The translations under genes were made by a program, and so were the position numbers. A model generated the notes under the pieces. That model was not told the origin of the DNA, ran no database searches, and was given only the letters and a program-made list of their open reading frames with translations. Positions 27,856-34,192 of a DNA stretch of 34,192 nucleotides are shown in pieces (position 1 is the stretch's first letter; every line of letters starts with the position of its first letter). This stretch comes from a virus. Taxonomy: Duplodnaviria > Caudoviricetes. The stretch lies in the IMG/VR virus record IMGVR_UViG_3300025723_000112, positions 1-34,192 of that record; one strand, written 5' to 3'.

Positions 27856-28480
27856 TCTTGGCTATCTCTTCTGGTGATGCGTTGAAATATCTGAGTTTCT
27901 CTTGAATGGCCAGTGGACTTAACGTATTAAGTTCATAGTCCTCTAAGTTTATCCATCTCCGTTGCACATTTAATAACATCTTCAAAGAGTCAAGCTCTGC
28001 TTCAAGCTCAGAGATACGATCACAATAATGTTTTACCGTATCCGATGTAGGCTCTTGTTCAGACAATTTTATTGCTGCCCGAAGTCGCTTTTCTTGTCGC
28101 TCGTTAATAAGTTCGTCATTTACCAAATCATCAAGTACCTCGGTGGCATATCGACGTAAATCATCAGGCGAGTCCGGCGCCCATCCTTCACATTCGCACA
28201 CATATCTATCCTCCTCGTGCGAGGCATCACGGTCAAATCCATGTGGTGCTTCAGGATTAGGGTTACAGTTGCCTTGCTCGGGCTTGGCTAACTCTTTCTC
28301 AATTGCTTGAATTGTTGATTTAGCTTGTACTACCCAACAATCTTTTTTATGCTGATGTGAAGTAGAACGACAACAAATTGTGTACTCTATGTCGTCACTA
28401 TCCTCACAATAAATTGCGCCTCCATCGTTGCCTATGGATAATTTGATTACATCTAACGCTTGCCGTAATAGTTCTCTCAT
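27842..28480 (-). CDS. modular hypothetical phage protein
   Basis: LLRQAL...ELAKPEQ, LRAAI..SEQEP and RRWINL.D.E segments. Confidence 0.7.
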   Translation of the reverse strand: MRELLRQALDVIKLSIGNDGGAIYCEDSDDIEYTICCRSTSHQHKKDCWVVQAKSTIQAIEKELAKPEQGNCNPNPEAPHGFDRDASHEEDRYVCECEGWAPDSPDDLRRYATEVLDDLVNDELINERQEKRLRAAIKLSEQEPTSDTVKHYCDRISELEAELDSLKMLLNVQRRWINLEDYELNTLSPLAIQEKLRYFNASPEEIAKNELR

Positions 28481-28505
28481 CAGTATTCAACCTTATCAAT
28501 ATCTA

Positions 28506-28670
28506 TTATGCGCCAATGTCCCGCTCACCTTCCGCAATTGCGGAAAATAAAAACAAAGCAAATAGAGCGACAGCTATTAAGAATATCCATACTATGATTT
28601 CGCTTAAACTCATTAGCCACGAAAGTGCAAACCCAAAGATAATCGGTGTAATTATATATTTGAATATCAT
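28506..28670 (-). CDS. 54-aa two-TM membrane protein
   Basis: Manual translation MIFKYIITPIIFGFALSWLMSLSEIIVWIFLIAVALFALFLFSAIAEGERDIGA. Confidence 0.6.
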   Translation of the reverse strand: MIFKYIITPIIFGFALSWLMSLSEIIVWIFLIAVALFALFLFSAIAEGERDIGA

Positions 28671-28731
28671 TTCAACCCCTCAATTCGATTCATAATGTAT
28701 TTCCTCCATTGTGATAAAAATCAATCATCAC

Positions 28732-28893
28732 TTAAGTTTCTTTTACCCACTGCCAGTGTTTTTCCACAAGGTCTTCCCATTTATCCAGAGCCAGCAGATA
28801 CTGCTCACTGGCCTCCCCGAATTGTCGAGCCATATCATTGGTGTGTCTATGTGCGGCTCTGATGTCTTTCATTAACTGCTTGTCATCATTCAT
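28732..28893 (-). CDS. 53-aa hypothetical protein
   Basis: MNDDKQLMKDIRAAHR...WVKET; ATGA overlap with the upstream MNERI gene. Confidence 0.6.
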   Translation of the reverse strand: MNDDKQLMKDIRAAHRHTNDMARQFGEASEQYLLALDKWEDLVEKHWQWVKET

Positions 28894-29147
28894 TCTTTAA
28901 CACCGAAATGTTTCAAAATTTCTTCCGCTAATTCCCGTCTACCTCTGTTATATTCAGACTCCCCGCCCACAATAACATTTTTATGCCGCAACTTTACACA
29001 TTCTGCCACAATCAACTCGGCAAACTTTTCGGCAAAACAGTCTGGAATATACATCTTATCCAATTCGTCATCCAATATTTCATTACCTGTGACAATATCA
29101 ACAGACTTAACAGTCTGTTCAACAAGGTATCGAATTCGTTCGTTCAT
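28890..29147 (-). CDS. MNERI-family small protein
   Basis: MNERIRYLV...EKFAELIVAECV...ILKHFGVKE. Confidence 0.8.
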   Translation of the reverse strand: MNERIRYLVEQTVKSVDIVTGNEILDDELDKMYIPDCFAEKFAELIVAECVKLRHKNVIVGGESEYNRGRRELAEEILKHFGVKE

Positions 29148-29148
29148 A

Positions 29149-29385
29149 TTAGTCCTCAATTTCGAAATGATCTAGTATATAATTTTGAACAGAAAGAGCA
29201 CCGGCTGCTTCTTTATCGTCCCCATGTGTCGTATGCCCCCAGGCCGCAGTATCGCACATCCAAAGACAATCCTTCACAATCAACTCAGCGAACTTATCTC
29301 TTAGGTTGCCTGGAGTTATCATACCATCACGCATAGAAACTGCATCGCGTGCCTGAATGTAGAGTTCTTTAATCCGCTCGCTCAT
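29149..29385 (-). CDS. MNERI-family small protein
   Basis: MSERIKELYIQA...DKFAELIVKDC...ILDHFEIED. Confidence 0.8.
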   Translation of the reverse strand: MSERIKELYIQARDAVSMRDGMITPGNLRDKFAELIVKDCLWMCDTAAWGHTTHGDDKEAAGALSVQNYILDHFEIED

Positions 29386-29864
29386 GCGCACCCTTGGACG
29401 TGAGTCGTAAGTAATTCTATCATTTCGTTGTAATTGTCTACCAATATCATACTATAACGATCACAGACCATTTCAACATTACCTTTGCGCCAGAATCCGT
29501 CTGGACAGCATACAATAACATGCGCTAATCTTTCGTGATTGGCGAAAATCCCCAATTCCATAAGTGTAATGGGCGATTTGGTAGTAGGATCAAAGTAAAA
29601 GATTACAATGTCGGCCGTATCCAATCCATCAAGTTCCCATGTAACCTGTTCGTTGAATTGTGGATCATCAATTGATTGTCGCCACGATGAATCCCAATCA
29701 TCACGCCGTGGATTTAGCAAAACTACATCATAATCAGCCATATCCTTAGCGACACGGGTTTGCCAATTTTCGGCTACGCCCATTTCAATTGATCCTGCCA
29801 AAAAGATTCTTGGTATTTTGTAATCTATGCCAGTATCCTGGTGCGGTGCTTTTATTTCAATCAT
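29382..29864 (-). CDS. nucleoside 2-deoxyribosyltransferase-like protein
   Basis: IFLAGSI, NPRR..W, QV.WE, AD...FYF, PITLMELG. Confidence 0.8.
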   Translation of the reverse strand: MIEIKAPHQDTGIDYKIPRIFLAGSIEMGVAENWQTRVAKDMADYDVVLLNPRRDDWDSSWRQSIDDPQFNEQVTWELDGLDTADIVIFYFDPTTKSPITLMELGIFANHERLAHVIVCCPDGFWRKGNVEMVCDRYSMILVDNYNEMIELLTTHVQGCA

Positions 29865-30168
29865 TTGCTATTTCCTCGCAATTGCTACGTAGTTCAGTCC
29901 AAAATACCTCGCCCTGCAATCCACTGTCAGTTTCCACACGGCAATAATTAACTCTGCGCACTCGTCTTGGTGCATTAATAACTGTTAGGGTATCGCCTAT
30001 ATATGCACCGGCGACTTCTATCCATGGATCATCGACGTTACGAATAGTAATGCAATCAAGTGTACGCAGGGAAGGGGCTACTGGACCTCCTCCGATACCA
30101 GATGTGATTGCTTTGAGACTCTTAACTCGAATTCGAGTGCCGGGTAAGATATTTTTATTTAATGCCAT
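29857..30168 (-). CDS. hypothetical protein, possibly SH3-like
   Basis: 103-aa ORF from the track. Confidence 0.65.
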   Translation of the reverse strand: MALNKNILPGTRIRVKSLKAITSGIGGGPVAPSLRTLDCITIRNVDDPWIEVAGAYIGDTLTVINAPRRVRRVNYCRVETDSGLQGEVFWTELRSNCEEIAND

Positions 30169-30374
30169 TATTCAACTCCAAAATGTTGTTTAATCTTATA
30201 GGAACATACATCACCTTCGTGAGGAGTGTCATCAATTCGGGTAGTATCACTAACCTCTACGCATATTGTAGCACATTCTGCGATAATCAGCTCGGCGAAC
30301 TTGTGAGCAATAATAGCATAATCAAAATCTTTATAGCCAGCTTGCGTAGCAAGTTCGCGAATTCGTTCGTTCAT
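30168..30374 (-). CDS. MNERI-family small protein
   Basis: MNERIRELATQAG...KFAELIIAECATIC...IKQHFGVE. Confidence 0.8.
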   Translation of the reverse strand: MNERIRELATQAGYKDFDYAIIAHKFAELIIAECATICVEVSDTTRIDDTPHEGDVCSYKIKQHFGVE

Positions 30375-30577
30375 TCTTCAATTCCATATTCTTTTTTAAG
30401 ATCATCTAATGCCTGACGAACTCGTTCTGCCATTGGACGATATTTAAATGGATGAATAGGATTATAGTGCCAATCCATACCACCCCAAATTCTATCTCCT
30501 GTCAATAGGCGATCCATATCAACTAATAACTGAAATCTTGGATCTGCCCACAGTTTTTTAACTTGCTCGTTCATCAT
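30371..30577 (-). CDS. hypothetical protein with MNERI-like termini
   Basis: MNEQVKKLW...LKKEYGIEE, unrelated core. Confidence 0.65.
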   Translation of the reverse strand: MMNEQVKKLWADPRFQLLVDMDRLLTGDRIWGGMDWHYNPIHPFKYRPMAERVRQALDDLKKEYGIEE

Positions 30578-30790
30578 TCAACTCCTGCGATTCAGATATC
30601 TGATTTCTTGAGCACATAACCTTGCGCCAAACTGTCGATCTCCGCCTTCATTTTCTCTAACAACATCACATATTGTAGCACATTCTTCGATAATCAACTG
30701 GACTAACTTCTCAGCACTCTCGATGCTGATCCATTTACCACTGATATCCGTTTCTGTTTGTGCCAGTAATTCTCGAATTCGTTCGTTCAT
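30578..30790 (-). CDS. MNERI-family small protein
   Basis: MNERIRELLAQT...EKLVQLIIEECATIC. Confidence 0.8.
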   Translation of the reverse strand: MNERIRELLAQTETDISGKWISIESAEKLVQLIIEECATICDVVRENEGGDRQFGARLCAQEIRYLNRRS

Positions 30791-30969
30791 TCTTTAACTC
30801 CAAATTGTTGTTTAGCCGCCATCCATCCGGCGAAAAATGCGTCAATTTCCTCTTCTAAGTAACCTATATGGTTGCCTTTGGTTTGACGGCCACCTATATT
30901 CTTTTTCAGATAATCATTAAATGCATCTAGTTGTTGTTCCTCATATTTCCAATCAGTAATATTCAACAT
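30787..30969 (-). CDS. hypothetical protein with MNERI-type C-terminus
   Basis: Ends KQQFGVKE. Confidence 0.65.
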   Translation of the reverse strand: MLNITDWKYEEQQLDAFNDYLKKNIGGRQTKGNHIGYLEEEIDAFFAGWMAAKQQFGVKE

Positions 30970-30971
30970 TA

Positions 30972-31985
30972 TCAATCACCGTTTTTCAATAAAAAAGTAT
31001 TAGAAATAGCTTTGAATGTAAATCCGCCGTTATTAGATTTAAACACAAGGCCCTCACGTTCTGTTTTTGAATTCAGAATAGATTTACCTTCTGCCAATTC
31101 CAACAGACGATCAACAGTATCAGTTTCACTGAGTATGCAAGCGGCATCAATCACAGGAACGTGTTTTAAACTCGCCAAATAACAAAATCCTTGAACTTGA
31201 TTTGGACCTAGATAATCACCTTTGTTAACATCATAGATATCATAAACGTGAAATTCCTGTCCCTTGATGTTATATGGATTCTTTTGAATGCCTTCACCAA
31301 TCAATTCACCTTGAATCGCAAGATTATCACCCATAGCATGCATTTTGTTTTCTAAATCAAGTTCACGAGCAACACGCCAGAAAGTATTGCCTTCACTTTC
31401 TTTCAAATTTAAATTACGTGAGCAGACACCAAACTCGCCGTCAAGAAGATACACAGTCATTGAACTACCATCGAGTTTTTCAGTAACTTCAAAACTATTA
31501 CCCACGGCGGCGGCAATTTCACGTTTCAGATTTTGACAACGTTCTTGATCTGTTTTAGGAATTTGACTTGGGAAATTACCCTTAGCAACACCGGCAAGTT
31601 GTGCAGACACAGGTGGTTCGTACTTGACGATACCAAGTAGTTCTGATACATCATCGTCTGCTCCTAGAGGAACAACTGCATTTCGTAGAACATCAAATGG
31701 TAATAACAACCCCTGTGAGATTTGTCCACGTAGTTTAACGGTACGCAGACGTTCGCCCTCAACACCTTCATATGTTTTGGGATAGTGACCTTCTTTAGTC
31801 AAGAATGGTGCAATAGCAGTTGGAATAAAACTATCAATTTCGCAATACACTGCTAGATCACCAACATTGTAGAGACCTTTTTGACAAACAACTTTCCAAC
31901 CACCAACGGTTGCGACTTCAATTTTGTCTGCACCTTCAATAGGATTTAATTCATCAATACGACGAACAGTAGCCATTTTACGCAT
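30972..31985 (-). CDS. RNA ligase (DRB0094 / Rnl2-like family)
   Basis: N-terminal IEGADKIE OB-like domain; KTDQER, EKLDGSS (motif I), QGELIG, EGLVFK, FKAIS. Confidence 0.9.
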   Translation of the reverse strand: MRKMATVRRIDELNPIEGADKIEVATVGGWKVVCQKGLYNVGDLAVYCEIDSFIPTAIAPFLTKEGHYPKTYEGVEGERLRTVKLRGQISQGLLLPFDVLRNAVVPLGADDDVSELLGIVKYEPPVSAQLAGVAKGNFPSQIPKTDQERCQNLKREIAAAVGNSFEVTEKLDGSSMTVYLLDGEFGVCSRNLNLKESEGNTFWRVARELDLENKMHAMGDNLAIQGELIGEGIQKNPYNIKGQEFHVYDIYDVNKGDYLGPNQVQGFCYLASLKHVPVIDAACILSETDTVDRLLELAEGKSILNSKTEREGLVFKSNNGGFTFKAISNTFLLKNGD

Positions 31986-32394
31986 TTTCAATTTCCTTTT
32001 CATTAAACAGATGCTGTGGAATTGCACCAAACATCAAAAATAAATCTTTACTCGATATTGAGTCAACACTTATACGCATACCTTGTGCTATGGCCTGCTT
32101 TCGGTAATAACTCCTAGCAATTCTATTTCGGCTAACACCGCGTTCATTATTACACTGATAACAAGCTGCCACTATATTTGAATCAGATTCAATTTTTACA
32201 TGACCTAGACTGGACCATTTATCCACTAAATGTTCGATAGTTGCTCGTTGTTGTGATGTCTGCCGTCTATTCATTTGGCAAGCACAGTAATAGCATTTAT
32301 TAGTTTGATTATGAACTAATTTGCCTAAACTTATACGATTTTTTTCAATACGATCCAGTTCAGGCATACGCTCAGTATTTGCTGTTGCATGCAT
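31978..32394 (-). CDS. HNH endonuclease
   Basis: CYYC...ATIEHL...NIVAACYQCN; GAGGA RBS. Confidence 0.8.
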   Translation of the reverse strand: MHATANTERMPELDRIEKNRISLGKLVHNQTNKCYYCACQMNRRQTSQQRATIEHLVDKWSSLGHVKIESDSNIVAACYQCNNERGVSRNRIARSYYRKQAIAQGMRISVDSISSKDLFLMFGAIPQHLFNEKEIENA

Positions 32395-32433
32395 GTTCAA
32401 ATTCCTCAAAACTAAAGTGTTTATTATATAGCT

Positions 32434-32462
32434 ATTATAAACTGAAATTATTTAATTGTCAA
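32434..32462 (-). promoter_or_regulatory. consensus sigma70 promoter TTGACA-17-TATAAT
   Basis: Perfect hexamers upstream of the HNH and RNA ligase genes. Confidence 0.8.
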
Positions 32463-32466
32463 TGTA

Positions 32467-33429
32467 TTATTGCTTTAGTAATTCGATTAATTCGTTGTGT
32501 TTTTCTTCTTGCCATCGACGTAGCCAGGGAGAATTGTCGCACTCTTTAATGTGATCCATCACGGCTTTCCTAGATGATGATTCAATAATTTCATGTATTG
32601 AAATATAAAGTATAGGCTCCATGGTCACAGCATCAAAAATTTTAACTCGCATGTCTTCGGGATCAGTAAGAGTCCACCCTATTTTTTCTGCAAGTTTATG
32701 CGGTCGTTTCATCAGTTGACTCCCATGCGTCGATACAGCCCTTCAGTTTGCCGTGCAATCTCATCTTTGTATATGATACATTCAATATCCAACAGTACGC
32801 AGGATATCTCATCACTTAAGATTTCCAATTCTTTCATTTTTTCTTTTTGGAATTCGATAGGGTCATCCAACGCAGCTAACTCATTGGTCAGTTCACAGTA
32901 TCGTAAATGCAGTACAAGAAGTGTTTGAAGTAAACTATCCATTATTTGATCTTTCCTCGTATACTTCCCAGCAATCATTGTAATGATCCCAGTGTCTATT
33001 GTCGTATATTTGAAAATCCACTGCATATCCAAATATGCCCAGTGTGACCTTTACGCCAGCATGACTTTTGTTTTTGGACCATTCTAGCCTAAACACTAGC
33101 AATTCAGGACTGTGAAATGAATGTTGTATTTCCCAAGACTTATACTTGGATAATCGTACAAAAATACTGCCAAAATTGATAAAGTAATCCCATCGATCAA
33201 ATGGGTTGTTCAGTACAATGCGTAGATCTAATATATTCATTTACCAATCTCTCTCGTTATCTATGTAAATGCAAAAATCTAAAAATAACCATCTAAATGA
33301 AAAGAAAAAATAACACCCATTGGCCGCATGTTTTTTGTTTGAAAAATGATAACTGGGTTTCCAATTCCAAAGAAAAGGATTCACTGTTATTGTAAAATAT
33401 AAATTTGAGTTTTTCAACCATTCAATCAT
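32467..33429 (-). other. hypothetical genes: 32467-32712, 32712-32942, 32935-33240, 33241-33429
   Basis: ORF track; coupled stops and starts. Confidence 0.65.
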
Positions 33430-33659
33430 TCCGCAATTCCAAATTGTGCTTTTATTTTAAGTTGACAGAATTCAACCCCTCTGAGGAAATCGCCTCTGTG
33501 TCCGTCCGATGGAATAGATGCAATACATTCCTCTACAATTAACTGGGCGAACTTTTCAATAGTATGATTGCCCAAAAGACAATCGCCTAAGTCAAATTCA
33601 CCGATGCCAGTATAGTCTGGATCGGCCAGTTTAGCAAGTTGCCGAATTCGTTCGTTCAT
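33426..33659 (-). CDS. MNERI-family small protein
   Basis: MNERIRQLAKLADPDYTG...EKFAQLIVEEC...IKAQFGIAE. Confidence 0.8.
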   Translation of the reverse strand: MNERIRQLAKLADPDYTGIGEFDLGDCLLGNHTIEKFAQLIVEECIASIPSDGHRGDFLRGVEFCQLKIKAQFGIAE

Positions 33660-33901
33660 TCTTCAACTCCAAAATGTTGTTTAATCTCTTTTGTCGCTCT
33701 TGTTGTGCCCATAGTATAACCAACATCAAATGCCACATCAGTTCTAGGGTACAATTTGGATAGTCCGCTAGTAATATCGGCACATTCCCGGACAATCAAT
33801 TCGGCAAACTTTTCCAACTCTGTATTGTCATATTCATCAATCGGACACATTGGGTCATCTAATCCAGCTTCCTTAACAAGTTCTTTAATTCGCTTGTTCA
33901 T
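33656..33901 (-). CDS. MNERI-family small protein
   Basis: MNKRIKELVKEAG...EKFAELIVRECA...IKQHFGVEE. Confidence 0.8.
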   Translation of the reverse strand: MNKRIKELVKEAGLDDPMCPIDEYDNTELEKFAELIVRECADITSGLSKLYPRTDVAFDVGYTMGTTRATKEIKQHFGVEE

Positions 33902-34065
33902 TCCGTAATCCTTTTCCAAAAACGAAACTCTTCGGTCATTTTTATCCTGACCAAATTCTCTACCTCTGGATTTTCGTTGATTAATGTAGCATCTACTAGA
34001 TCATGAACTTGATCATATAGTTCATCTATCAAATCGTAAACTCTGCCAAGTTCGTTTTCGTTCAT
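33898..34065 (-). CDS. 55-aa acidic hypothetical protein
   Basis: MNENELGRVYDLIDELYDQVHDLVDATLINENPEVENLVRIKMTEEFRFWKRITE; ATGA overlaps at both ends. Confidence 0.65.
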   Translation of the reverse strand: MNENELGRVYDLIDELYDQVHDLVDATLINENPEVENLVRIKMTEEFRFWKRITE

Positions 34066-34192
34066 TTTACTACCACAAAATCAACATTTTCAACTGCATC
34101 GATTTCAAACACTCTACCTAGATTTTCAGTACCAACGGTACCAGACTTACTCAAGTAGTAACGACCGCCTGGCATTGACATACCGTAAATGG
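34062..34192 (-). CDS. 3' end of a hypothetical gene entering from outside the window
   Basis: Open frame ...IYGMSMPGGRYYLSKSGTVG...DFVVVK*. Confidence 0.55.
   Translation of the reverse strand, partial: IYGMSMPGGRYYLSKSGTVGTENLGRVFEIDAVENVDFVVVK

Noticed and set aside
738-32928. Plus-strand ORFs in the six-frame track
   Set aside because: All lie antisense to convincing minus-strand genes and show no recognisable motifs; treated as shadow ORFs
14543-33901. MNERI repeats as a CRISPR array or DGR
   Set aside because: Repeats are degenerate, coding and irregularly spaced; no cas or reverse transcriptase gene in the window; variation is not adenine-specific
21825-34192. Stop-codon recoding as the cause of the many short ORFs
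   Set aside because: Known long genes are intact in code 11; TAG and TGA end bona fide genes; short ORFs have their own RBS and coupled starts
1-34192. Bacterial chromosome origin, suggested by clpA, dnaJ, infA, sod, porin and ompA
   Set aside because: Single-strand coding, lysis cassette, T4-late-like promoters and dozens of tiny hypothetical genes indicate a large phage carrying host-like genes

Overview
AT-rich, gene-dense window in which essentially every credible gene is on the minus strand, with frequent ATGA/TAATG stop-start overlaps. It reads as part of a large lytic tailed-phage genome (T4-like/jumbo type). The host is probably a Betaproteobacterium, inferred from the Burkholderiales-style porin and OmpA. 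Left half: ClpA-like ATPase, DnaJ, a lysis cassette (GH19 endolysin, candidate i-/o-spanins, 3-TM holin), ErpA/IscA, an ADP-ribosyltransferase-like ORF, Fe/Mn SOD, IF-1, HNH nuclease, SleB-like hydrolase, Hc1-like protein and dienelactone hydrolase. Middle: SPFH protein, a PRPP-synthetase-like plus NAMPT-like pair matching the NARP1 anti-defence NAD+ pathway, rubredoxin and rubrerythrin behind an OxyR-like box, OmpA and porin. Right half: a long run of small early-type genes, a nucleoside deoxyribosyltransferase-like gene, an RNA ligase and a second HNH. The most unusual signal is a family of at least 9 small 'MNERI...EKFAELI..EC...HFGVEE' genes with three constant blocks and two hypervariable segments, with signs of module shuffling and a DNA-level junction motif. 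Both sigma70-type (TTGACA-17-TATAAT) and T4-late-like (TAAATA) promoters are visible. I found no tRNA, rRNA, CRISPR array or integrase. All assignments are from motif recognition by eye; no database searches were run.
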